This document shows positions 7,996 through 17,086 of a stretch of 32,000 nucleotides of DNA, piece by piece. Made by a program: the position numbers and the translations under genes. The notes under the pieces were generated by a model. It searched no databases. It was not told the origin of the DNA and saw only the letters and a program-made list of their open reading frames with translations. Within the stretch, counting starts at the first letter, position 1, and each line of letters opens with the position of its first letter. Origin of the DNA: Xylanibacter ruminicola 23 (GTDB lineage: Bacteria > Bacteroidota > Bacteroidia > Bacteroidales > Bacteroidaceae); the NCBI RefSeq assembly GCF_000025925.1, contig NC_014033.1, forward strand, positions 3,030,001-3,062,000, given 5' to 3'.

Positions 7996-10773
7996 ATGGA
8001 ACTACAACGAAGATTAGAACATTGGCTGATTACGCTGTTCATGCTTTTTGCTATGCAACTTTATGCCTTAGATGTGAAGCATTTTACTTTCTCACATCTG
8101 AGTATAGCTGATGGTGTGGATAATCAGCGTATATTTTCTGTTTGCCAAACCACATCTGGTGCCATTTGGTGGTCGTCTATGAAAGGCGTAGGTCGCTATA
8201 ATGGCTCGAAAGTAAGAATATACCGACTCGACGATGGTACGCCTTTCGCTCATCTTGGCGGGCGTGTTATTAAGATGGCCACTAACGATAAAGCCATTTA
8301 TGCTTTTGATAATCGTGGCTCCATCTATCTTTTCCAGTCAGTTCTTGATGGTTTTAAACCAGTAGCCAGCATCTCCAAGAAGCTGGGGCACGAGGTGGCA
8401 TTAAACGATATCCACGTAAAGGATGGCAACCTGTTCCTGGCCTTGCACGATGGTGTTTATCTGCTGAAGGACACCACACTTACCCAAGTGATGAAGGGAA
8501 CTTATGTAAACCAGATTGTACCTATGATGGGCCATCTGCTGTTCTGTGCCCGCGATGGTGTATACAATGAACGAGGCCAGCGATTGTTACCTTATAATGC
8601 TGAGTTCGGCTACTACGATGAAATGTCGGGCCGCTTATGGATTGGAGGTTACGAGAATGGTCTTCATATGGTAACCATTAGTCAGAATGGCAAGATTACT
8701 TCCGATGAGTTTGTGCGTATATCTGATCAGAATCTGTATCGTAATCCTATCCGTAGCATTTGTCCTTACGACGATGATACCATGCTGATCGGCATTGATG
8801 GACAAGGTGTTTATCAGATTAGTCGTGATGGTAGGGGCGGTTGCTCCTTGCTCTTCGATGCCAACGAGTCGGAGCATAGCATGTTGCATGGCAACGGCGT
8901 TTATGCCATGCTGGTAGATAGTTGGAAAAACATCGTGATAGGTACCTACTCTGGTGGTATCGACATCGCCCGTCCTATCAGCACTACCACAGCCATCTAT
9001 CAGCATCTGGCAAACAACCAGCAGAGTCTGCTCAACGATAATGTGAACATGGTGATGCCGCTTTCGGCTGACGTGTTGCTGATGGGTACCGATAATGGTA
9101 TTAGCATTAAGAACCTTACTACTGGGCAATGGCAGCATTGTTGTCAGGGTACAGTTGTGCTTAACGCCAGCAAAAAAGCCGATGGTAGTGTGCTGGTTTC
9201 AACCTATGGTAAAGGCGTTATCGAGATTGATAGTCGAGGCAATGTACGTCAGATATACACAAAAGACAATAGTTTTTTGAAAGACGACCATGTTTATGCC
9301 ACCTTATATGATAAGGATGGTGGTCTGTGGATAGGCTCTTTGAATGGCGATCTGGTATATAGTCCTGTATCGCAAATCAGTCAGAAACAAGCCGAATGTC
9401 GCAACTATCCAGTACACGATGTTCAAGCCATTACACAGCTCACTTCTGGACAGATTGTGGTTGGTACAGCCTTTGGACTTAAGCTGATTACACCTGGTAG
9501 CGCCGAGGTTAAGGAGTTAGACTATACACCTGCTGGTGTAACCGATGTAAACCCATTTGTAACACATCTGCTGGCTTCGGGCATGGAGTTGTGGATAGCT
9601 ACCGATGGTGGTGGCGTTTATGTTTACCATCTTGGCAAGCACGTCAGTCGACAGATAACTACAACCAACGGCCTTCCATCTAACTATGTACGCAGCTTGG
9701 TTAAAAGCCGCGACGGACGTATATGGATTGCTACGGACGAAGGTTTGGCTTTTGTAAAGTCGGGCGAAGGCGACAAGGTTATTAATGCCAATTACTGTTA
9801 TGGTTTTAATCGGGAGTACTCGCGTGGAGCAGCTCAGGTACTGCCCGATGGCGATATCGTATTTGGCTCAACTACAGGTGCCATCATCATTCATCCTGAG
9901 AATGTACAGCCCCTTAATTATACTGCCAGCATCACTTTCGTTGGTGTTAACTGCGATGTAGATTCGGATAAACTGCAGAATACAAAGGTGTTTAACCTGC
10001 TTAACCAAGGCAGGTTGAGTCTTTCTTACCGTCAGCGCACGTTCGATCTGCAGTTCGAGAGTGTAAACATGCGTAACCACTTCGATATCGTTTACCGCTA
10101 CAAGATGGGACGTGGCGAGTGGAGTAAACCCACCGACCAGCAGTATATACGCTTTGTTAATCTCGAGCCAGGCGAGCATCAGCTAACACTACAATGCCTC
10201 AGTCGTACAACAGGTACTGTGCTCGACTCCAAAACGCTGATTATTACAATTGCCCAACCTTGGTGGAGCTCGTGGTGGATGTGGTGCATCTATATTGCTT
10301 TGGTATTGTTGGCGTTCTATACCGCTTGGCAGGTATATAAACTGCACGAAAAGTACATGCGCCTGACCATCGATCATCTGAAGGCTACCAATGCTTCTAC
10401 ACCTGCATCAGTACCCGCTGCCGACGAGCCCGAAGAGGTGCAGGTTGCTGATAGCGATGAGGCAGAATCCGACTTTGTAGATAAGGCTACCCAACTGATA
10501 TCCGAACATCTTAGCGACACCGATTATTCTATTGACAGTCTTTGTCGCGAAATGGCTATGAGTCGTACACTGTTCTATGTAAAACTGAAGTCGTTTACAG
10601 GTAAATCGCCTCAGGACTTTATCCGTATCATCCGTTTGGAGCGTGCAGCCCAGATGCTGAGAAACGGACGTAGCGTATCAGATGCAGCTACACTTGCAGG
10701 CTTCGAAAATGCCAAGTATTTCAGTACAGTATTTAAGAAATACTTCGGCGTATCGCCCTCAAAATACAAGTAA
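7996..10773 (+). CDS. Membrane sensor-regulator: periplasmic beta-propeller/Y_Y_Y sensor, single TM helix, AraC-type HTH (HTCS-like but without kinase or receiver)
   Basis: Repeated propeller-like motifs (IWWSS, LWIGG, LWIGSL, LWIATDGG, IWIATDEG), then a Y_Y_Y-like block (YRYKMGRGEWSK). The TM helix is WWMWCIYIALVLLAFYTAWQVY. The C-terminal AraC HTH reads LCREMAMSRTLFYVKLK...AGFENAKYFSTVFKKYFGVSPSKY. ATG 7996 is preferred because the track start (TTG 7966) lies inside the terminator. Confidence 0.8.
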   Translation: MELQRRLEHWLITLFMLFAMQLYALDVKHFTFSHLSIADGVDNQRIFSVCQTTSGAIWWSSMKGVGRYNGSKVRIYRLDDGTPFAHLGGRVIKMATNDKAIYAFDNRGSIYLFQSVLDGFKPVASISKKLGHEVALNDIHVKDGNLFLALHDGVYLLKDTTLTQVMKGTYVNQIVPMMGHLLFCARDGVYNERGQRLLPYNAEFGYYDEMSGRLWIGGYENGLHMVTISQNGKITSDEFVRISDQNLYRNPIRSICPYDDDTMLIGIDGQGVYQISRDGRGGCSLLFDANESEHSMLHGNGVYAMLVDSWKNIVIGTYSGGIDIARPISTTTAIYQHLANNQQSLLNDNVNMVMPLSADVLLMGTDNGISIKNLTTGQWQHCCQGTVVLNASKKADGSVLVSTYGKGVIEIDSRGNVRQIYTKDNSFLKDDHVYATLYDKDGGLWIGSLNGDLVYSPVSQISQKQAECRNYPVHDVQAITQLTSGQIVVGTAFGLKLITPGSAEVKELDYTPAGVTDVNPFVTHLLASGMELWIATDGGGVYVYHLGKHVSRQITTTNGLPSNYVRSLVKSRDGRIWIATDEGLAFVKSGEGDKVINANYCYGFNREYSRGAAQVLPDGDIVFGSTTGAIIIHPENVQPLNYTASITFVGVNCDVDSDKLQNTKVFNLLNQGRLSLSYRQRTFDLQFESVNMRNHFDIVYRYKMGRGEWSKPTDQQYIRFVNLEPGEHQLTLQCLSRTTGTVLDSKTLIITIAQPWWSSWWMWCIYIALVLLAFYTAWQVYKLHEKYMRLTIDHLKATNASTPASVPAADEPEEVQVADSDEAESDFVDKATQLISEHLSDTDYSIDSLCREMAMSRTLFYVKLKSFTGKSPQDFIRIIRLERAAQMLRNGRSVSDAATLAGFENAKYFSTVFKKYFGVSPSKYK

Positions 10774-10795
10774 ATAAGGTTTGAATTCTGTTACA

Positions 10796-10838
10796 AAAGG
10801 TTTCAAAGCTATCAGAAAATAGCAATGAAACCTTTTTT
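10796..10838 (+). terminator. Putative terminator after regulator gene
   Basis: Stem AAAGGTTTCA (10796-10805) / TGAAACCTTT (10826-10835) with a long 20-nt loop, running into T6. Confidence 0.45.
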
Positions 10839-10865
10839 GCGTAGCATCAAACCCCCATCAGGAAA

Positions 10866-10887
10866 GGTTTGCATAATTTTGCAAACC
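10866..10887 (+). promoter_or_regulatory. Promoter -7 box embedded in a perfect palindrome upstream of GH5/SusC operon
   Basis: GGTTTGCA-N6-TGCAAACC (8-bp arms). The spacer and right arm contain TAATTTTG (10874-10881), which matches TAnnTTTG, 32 nt upstream of the ATG at 10913. Confidence 0.45.
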
Positions 10888-10912
10888 AAATAAAACAATC
10901 AGATAATTAAAA

Positions 10913-12088
10913 ATGATTTTTGAGTTATTAGTTAGTAGTATTCTTTGCTGTGTAATGGCTGCGCCTGCTAAGGCTCAGCCTACAGCAAAGGAGTGGAACA
11001 AAGATGTTGTTGGTTGGAATCTGGGTAACCAGTTTGAGTGTTCGGCTCCAGGACAAGATGGCGAATCGATGGCCATCGGTATGGCCGATAACAGTATCAA
11101 GGCCGAAACCGCCTGGGGAAATCCTGTGGTAACCAAGAAAACCATCAAGGCAGTAAAGGAAGCAGGTTTTAATGCCGTTCGTATTCCTATCCGTTGGCAG
11201 TGTCACATCACCAATCCTACAGCCATGAGTATCGATAAGGCTTGGCTGGCTCGTGTAAAGGAGGTGGTTAACTGGTGCCTGAGCAACGATCTGAAAGTGA
11301 TTATCAATACACACCACGATAAGTGGCTTGAGGGGCGCCCCACCAACCAATACAAAGACGAGAACAACCAGAAGTTAGCTCTGCTTTGGCTGAATATAGC
11401 CAGCGAGTTTGCCAATTACGACTACCGTGTAGCCTTTGCCGGAACTAATGAAGTACACATTAAGGACAACTGGGGTAAGCCCGAAGCCGAGAATCTGGCT
11501 GTGCAGAACTCCTACAATCAAACTTTTGTTGATGTGGTACGTGCTACAGGTGGCAATAATGCCAAACGCCATCTGCTGGTGCAGACGTATGTTTGCAACC
11601 CCGATTTCGGAATTAATAACGGCGATTTCATTGTGCCTACTGATATCGAGGGCAATGGCAACGATTATATGAGTGTAGAATTCCATTACTATACCCCCTG
11701 GGATTATGCTGGCGAGTGCAAGTATAATTTCTGGGGTGAGCCTTATAAGGCCAAAGGCGAAGCTTCGCCTAACGACGAAAAGACCATGAGCGAGTTTTTC
11801 GATAAGGTGGTAAGCACATGGAGTAATCAGGGTTTAGGCGTAGTAATAGGCGAGTGGGGTGTTACCGATCGCCAGAAGAGCGGTCAGACCGATTTGATTC
11901 ATGAAAACATGACCTACTACTGCCACTTCCTAGTTTGCGAGGCTAAGAAGCGCGGTTTCTCCACCTTTATCTGGGACAATAATAGCTTTGGCAGTGGTTC
12001 GGAGCATTTCGGCATCTTCGATCGCAATGCTGGCATGAAGGTTAAGGCACCCTGGGTGCTTCAAGGTATTTTGGATGGCAAGAAATAA
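10913..12088 (+). CDS. Glycoside hydrolase family 5 (endo-beta-glycanase, endoglucanase-like)
   Basis: Signal peptide present. GH5 motifs are WNLGNQFE, RIPIRW, HHDKW, the acid/base GTNEVH, FHYYTPW and the nucleophile IGEWG. Confidence 0.8.
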   Translation: MIFELLVSSILCCVMAAPAKAQPTAKEWNKDVVGWNLGNQFECSAPGQDGESMAIGMADNSIKAETAWGNPVVTKKTIKAVKEAGFNAVRIPIRWQCHITNPTAMSIDKAWLARVKEVVNWCLSNDLKVIINTHHDKWLEGRPTNQYKDENNQKLALLWLNIASEFANYDYRVAFAGTNEVHIKDNWGKPEAENLAVQNSYNQTFVDVVRATGGNNAKRHLLVQTYVCNPDFGINNGDFIVPTDIEGNGNDYMSVEFHYYTPWDYAGECKYNFWGEPYKAKGEASPNDEKTMSEFFDKVVSTWSNQGLGVVIGEWGVTDRQKSGQTDLIHENMTYYCHFLVCEAKKRGFSTFIWDNNSFGSGSEHFGIFDRNAGMKVKAPWVLQGILDGKK

Positions 12089-12124
12089 TATATAAATTCC
12101 AATTATAATTTAACTAATTAAACA

Positions 12125-15100
12125 ATGCACATGAAGAAATCAAAAACGCTTCTCAGTCTGCTTTTTGCAGGCATGATGTGGATGCCGTTGACAGCAGGTG
12201 CCGTTACAACTAACGGTCATGCTACTTCAGTAGCCCCCGACGACCAGACCATTTCTGGTACCGTAGAGGATGCCAATGGCCCAATGATTGGAGCCACTGT
12301 TAAGGTGGTTGGTAGTTCTGCAGGAACTGTTACCGATATCGATGGTAACTTTAAGGTAAAGTGCAAACCCGGCGATATGCTCGAAATCAGCTACATCGGA
12401 TTTGCTACTAAGCAGGTAAAGGCCAAGCAGGGCATGAAAGTCCTGATGGAGGAAGACAAGACCTTGCTCGACGAGGTTGTTGTTACCGCCCTGGGTATCA
12501 AGCGCGATCGTAAGGCTCTGGGTTACGCCCTCTCTGAGGTAAAGGGCGAGGAGCTTACAAAGGCTAAGGAAACCAACGTTATCAACTCGCTTTCGGGTAA
12601 GGTTGCAGGTCTGGTAGTTCAGAATACCGCAGGTGGTGCTTCTGGTTCTACCCGTGTACTGCTGCGTGGTAACACCGAAATCAGTGGTAACAACCAGCCT
12701 CTCTACGTTATCGATGGTGTGCCCCTTGACAATACCAACTTTGGTAGCGCAGGCACTGAGGGTGGATACGACCTGGGTGATGGTATCTCAGCTATCAACC
12801 CCGATGATATCGAGAACATGACCGTACTGAAAGGTCCTGCCGCTTCGGCCCTTTATGGTAGCCGTGCATCACATGGTGTGATTCTGATTACTACCAAGAA
12901 GGCCGACAAGGATAAGATCAGCGTTGAGTATAACGGTTCGCTCACATTCGACCAGCAGCTGGCTAAGTGGGACGATATCCAGCAGGTTTATGGTATGGGT
13001 TACAGTGGTGCTTACAGCCCAACTGCTACTTCGGGTACCAACTCAAGCTGGGGTGCTAAGGCCGACGATCTGGAGATTGAATATTTCGATCACGTAAAGC
13101 GCCCATTCCTGATGTATCCTAACAATACCAGCGAGTTCTTCCGTACTGGTATGACTACCCAGAACACAGCTATCCTGTCTGTTAACTCTGGTAAGACTGG
13201 TGTTCGTTTCAGCGTTACCGATATGCGTAACAAGGATATTCTGCCTAATACACACATGAGTCGTGATAACTTCAACCTGCGTGTAAACACATCGGCAGGT
13301 CCTGTTGATCTCGACTTCACAGCCAACTACACTCGCGAGGATGTTAAGAACCGTCCTGCACTGGGCGACTCTCAGAGCAATATCGGTAAGAACCTGATGA
13401 CTTTGGCTGGTACCTACAATCAGGCTTGGCTGAAGCACTATCAGACTGAGGATGGCGACTATGCCAACTGGAATGGTAACGACCAGTATAACAAGAACCC
13501 TTATTGGGATCTGTATAAGAACGAGAACACCACTGGTAAGGATGTGTTCCGTCTTACAGGTAAGGCCATCTGGAATATCACCGATCACTTGAAGTTGCAG
13601 GGTACTATCGGTACCGATATGAACTTCATGTCGTTCCAGGACTTCATCTGCCGCACTACTCCTGGTAAGCAGGCTGGACAGCTGCAGAACCAGAAGTTCA
13701 CAAACCGCACTCTGAATGCCGAGCTGTTGGCACTCTACAACAACCAGTTTGGCGATTTCGATGTAAATGCTACCCTTGGTGGTAACATCTTCAAGGTAAA
13801 CAATAAGACTGATATCTTTACTGGTACCGACCAGCAGATGAAGGATATCATTGCTATCATGAACTATGCCGAGCAGAGCATTCAGCAGAATACTTACAAG
13901 AAGCAGATTAACTCTATCTTCGGTTCGGCTAGCGTAGGTTATCAGCACACCTACTATCTCGAGGCTACCGTACGTGGCGATAAGTCATCTACTCTGCCTA
14001 TTAATAATAATGTATATATCTATCCTTCGTTCTCAGGTAGCGTTGTGTTCTCTGAGTTCATCAAGAACAAGAGCCTGATTAACTATGGTAAGATTCGTGC
14101 TTCGTGGGCACAGGTAGGTAGCGATACCGATCCTTATCAGCTGGCGCTGAACTACACCACAGGTAAGTACTCTTACGGTGGTTATGTAATTGGTATGATT
14201 AACAACAACACCCAGCCTAACAAGGACCTGAAGCCAACCCGTACCAACAGCTTTGAGCTGGGATTGGAGATGAAATTCTTCAAGGGCCGTCTGGGTCTGG
14301 ATGTAACTTACTACAACCAGTTGTCAAAGGATCAGATTATCGGTCTGGCTTCTTCATCAACATCTGGTTATAACTATCGCCTCATCAACGCTGGTGAGAT
14401 TCAGAACAAGGGTATCGAGATTGCACTCAACGGTCGCGTGCTGCAGATCAAGGATTTCGCATGGGATGCTGGTGCAAACTTCTCAAAGAACACCAATAAG
14501 GTTAAGTCGCTCATCGACGGTATGGACTACTTCGAGCTTGAGAAGGCAACCTGGTGTGGTGTTAGCGTAGGTGCCGAGGTTGGTAAGAACTACGGTTCAA
14601 TCATCGGTAAGGACTTTAAGCGCACAGCCGACGGACAGGTAATTATCAATGCCGAGAGCGGTCTGCCAGTTGTTGACGATCAGACTCACACACTGGGTAA
14701 CGCCTCATGGGATTGGACTGGTGGTTTCTATTCTACCTTTACTTATAAGAACTTCCGCCTCTCTGCAGGCTTCGACGTTAAGGTTGGTGCCGATCTCTTC
14801 TCAATGTCAATGCGTTCGGCCTATGCTACAGGTAAAGCCAGTGGCACACTCGAGGGCCGCGAGGAGTGGTACCGCTCTGAGGAGCTGCGTAAGCAGGCTA
14901 ATATGACACTTGATGAGTGGCGTGCTGCCGGAAAGTGCGAGGGACTGATTGTTCCCGGTGTTATCGACAATGGTGATGGTACATACCGTCAGAACGATAT
15001 TGCCGTTAATCCTGAGTCGTACTGGAAGACAGCTACCGAGAATGCACCATCGATGTTTATCTACGACAACTCGTATGTAAAGTGCCGCGAAATCACCTTC

Positions 15101-15304
15101 GGTTACACATTCCCTGAGAAGTGGCTGGGTAAGACCGTGAAGGGCCTGAACGTTTCGTTCGTAGCTCGTAACCCATTCATCGTATGGAAGAACATTCCTA
15201 ACATCGATCCTGACTCTGGTTACAACACCTCAGGACTTGGTTTGGAGTATGGTTCGCTGCCCTCACGCCGCAGCTATGGTATCAATGTTAATGTTAAATT
15301 TTAA
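12125..15304 (+). CDS. SusC/RagA-family TonB-dependent outer-membrane transporter
   Basis: N-terminal carboxypeptidase-regulatory-like domain (ISGTVEDANGPMIGATVKVVGSSAGTVTDIDGNF), plug region (DEVVVTALGIKR...), 1059 aa, C-terminal aromatic residue (F). A SusD gene follows immediately. Confidence 0.9.
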   Translation: MHMKKSKTLLSLLFAGMMWMPLTAGAVTTNGHATSVAPDDQTISGTVEDANGPMIGATVKVVGSSAGTVTDIDGNFKVKCKPGDMLEISYIGFATKQVKAKQGMKVLMEEDKTLLDEVVVTALGIKRDRKALGYALSEVKGEELTKAKETNVINSLSGKVAGLVVQNTAGGASGSTRVLLRGNTEISGNNQPLYVIDGVPLDNTNFGSAGTEGGYDLGDGISAINPDDIENMTVLKGPAASALYGSRASHGVILITTKKADKDKISVEYNGSLTFDQQLAKWDDIQQVYGMGYSGAYSPTATSGTNSSWGAKADDLEIEYFDHVKRPFLMYPNNTSEFFRTGMTTQNTAILSVNSGKTGVRFSVTDMRNKDILPNTHMSRDNFNLRVNTSAGPVDLDFTANYTREDVKNRPALGDSQSNIGKNLMTLAGTYNQAWLKHYQTEDGDYANWNGNDQYNKNPYWDLYKNENTTGKDVFRLTGKAIWNITDHLKLQGTIGTDMNFMSFQDFICRTTPGKQAGQLQNQKFTNRTLNAELLALYNNQFGDFDVNATLGGNIFKVNNKTDIFTGTDQQMKDIIAIMNYAEQSIQQNTYKKQINSIFGSASVGYQHTYYLEATVRGDKSSTLPINNNVYIYPSFSGSVVFSEFIKNKSLINYGKIRASWAQVGSDTDPYQLALNYTTGKYSYGGYVIGMINNNTQPNKDLKPTRTNSFELGLEMKFFKGRLGLDVTYYNQLSKDQIIGLASSSTSGYNYRLINAGEIQNKGIEIALNGRVLQIKDFAWDAGANFSKNTNKVKSLIDGMDYFELEKATWCGVSVGAEVGKNYGSIIGKDFKRTADGQVIINAESGLPVVDDQTHTLGNASWDWTGGFYSTFTYKNFRLSAGFDVKVGADLFSMSMRSAYATGKASGTLEGREEWYRSEELRKQANMTLDEWRAAGKCEGLIVPGVIDNGDGTYRQNDIAVNPESYWKTATENAPSMFIYDNSYVKCREITFGYTFPEKWLGKTVKGLNVSFVARNPFIVWKNIPNIDPDSGYNTSGLGLEYGSLPSRRSYGINVNVKF

Positions 15305-15319
15305 TGAGTATCAGTTATT

Positions 15320-17062
15320 ATGATTACCAAATATATTAAGAAAACCCTTTTCGCTGGTATGGTTGGCTGTACCTTCCTGGCTACTGCATCTTGCAGCGAT
15401 AGTTACATGGAGAAGCTCAATACCGACGAGACCAAGGCGTCATCGATTGCTCCAAGCGCCCAGCTCACTACAGCATTGCTGCAGACCTATGGCGACTTCG
15501 GACTGATGGACACCTATCGTAGCTACATTACTGGTTTTACACAGCACTTCGCAGGTGGATGGAACGTTAGCAACTATGCTGGTAGCGTACATGCACAGGA
15601 CGATCAGATGCGCCTGATTTGGGACCAGTACTATGCTGTGGCTATCAAGAATATTGTAGATGCCATCGCAAATTCTGAGGATATGCCAAACACCAATGCC
15701 GCTCTGCGCATTCACCGTGTTTACCTCATGTCGGTTCTTACCGATACCTATGGCGATATTCCTTGTACCGAGGCTGGTTTAGGCTTTGTTAAAGGTATTT
15801 CTAATCCTAAGTACGATACTCAGGAGGAGATTTATAACTTCTTCTTCGATGAGTTGGCTGCTTGTGTAGATCAGCTTGGTACTGGCACCGATAATATTGG
15901 TGGCGACGTTACCAGTCTGTATGGCGATCCTGCAGCTTGGCGTAAGTATGCCAATGCCCTGCGCCTGCGCTTTGCTATGCGCATCAGCGATGTGAACCCT
16001 ACTAAGGCTCAGCAGGAGTTCGAGAAGGCCCTCTCGGCTAATGGCGGTTATATCGCCTCTGAGGCCGACGATGCCTACATTATCTATACCGACAGCCCCT
16101 TTACTCTCTACGACGGCTCACGCGACCTTGATTTCCGTGTAAACGCACTTGGCGAGATTCTGTATGGCCAGGATCCTACTTCGCCTACATTTATCTGCTC
16201 CACATTCTTCAATATCTTAAAGGATAACAACGACCCACGCCTTTATCGCATCTGCCGTCACTACATCAACACTAATCGTTCGGAGATTAAGCCCGACCGC
16301 GAGTGGAATATCGATGTTACCGACGAGGTTAGAGCTTATCTCGACAAGGTTGATACCTATACCGCTTGTGTACCAGGTGCTGCCTGGTGGAGCGATTGGG
16401 TAAATGCACCTGCTAACTCTGAGATTCCTACACTCGAGAAGTATGTAAAGATGTATCCCGAGGCTGGTTTCGATCAGAACAACTTCAATGCACGTATGAT
16501 TCGTCCATTCCTCTCTATCGACTTTGAGATGCCCGAATGTCCTGGTACACTCATCAACTCAGCCGAGGTAGAGTTCCTGCTGGCCGAGGCTAAGCTCAAG
16601 GGATGGAATGTTAACGGTACCGTTGAGGAGCACTTCAAGGCTGGTATCAAGGCTTCGATGGCCTGGATGAACAACCACTATCTGCAGAACAAGGATAAGA
16701 TTGCCGATGCCGATATCGATGCCTACATCAATGGTTTGATGAACGCTGGCGTGCTTACTACCAATGCTAAGGAGGCCATCAACACTCAGGCTTACATCCT
16801 GCACATGATGAACCCTGCTGAGGCTTGGGCTAACCTGCGTCGTTCCGACTATCCTGTACTGGCCGATCGTACAAAGCTGGCTATCCGTCCCGACTTTACT
16901 TACGACGATGCTAATCTGTCAACACCTAATCGCCTGCGTTACCCTATCCTGGAGAACCAGTACAACAGCGAGAACTACAAGGCTGCCATCGAGCGCATGG
17001 GTGGCAAGGACGATTGGCACAAGCGTCTCTGGTGGGACACAAGCGATATCAATGTCGAGTAA
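15320..17062 (+). CDS. SusD/RagB-family nutrient-binding outer-membrane lipoprotein
   Basis: Lipobox LATASC plus SD. Length 580 aa, positioned 15 nt after SusC. The helical TPR-like sequence is typical of SusD-like proteins. Confidence 0.85.
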   Translation: MITKYIKKTLFAGMVGCTFLATASCSDSYMEKLNTDETKASSIAPSAQLTTALLQTYGDFGLMDTYRSYITGFTQHFAGGWNVSNYAGSVHAQDDQMRLIWDQYYAVAIKNIVDAIANSEDMPNTNAALRIHRVYLMSVLTDTYGDIPCTEAGLGFVKGISNPKYDTQEEIYNFFFDELAACVDQLGTGTDNIGGDVTSLYGDPAAWRKYANALRLRFAMRISDVNPTKAQQEFEKALSANGGYIASEADDAYIIYTDSPFTLYDGSRDLDFRVNALGEILYGQDPTSPTFICSTFFNILKDNNDPRLYRICRHYINTNRSEIKPDREWNIDVTDEVRAYLDKVDTYTACVPGAAWWSDWVNAPANSEIPTLEKYVKMYPEAGFDQNNFNARMIRPFLSIDFEMPECPGTLINSAEVEFLLAEAKLKGWNVNGTVEEHFKAGIKASMAWMNNHYLQNKDKIADADIDAYINGLMNAGVLTTNAKEAINTQAYILHMMNPAEAWANLRRSDYPVLADRTKLAIRPDFTYDDANLSTPNRLRYPILENQYNSENYKAAIERMGGKDDWHKRLWWDTSDINVE

Positions 17063-17086
17063 TAATTTTAAAGAAATAATTGCATT

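Noticed and set aside
10796-10808. 13-nt identity AAAGGTTTCAAAG shared between the regulator terminator region and R1 (18786-18798)
   Set aside because: It is a single short match with no extended similarity on either side, so it is compatible with chance.
13043-13948. 301-aa minus-strand ORF inside susC
   Set aside because: It is antisense to a clearly recognisable SusC barrel, has no start context and no motifs. It is a shadow ORF.
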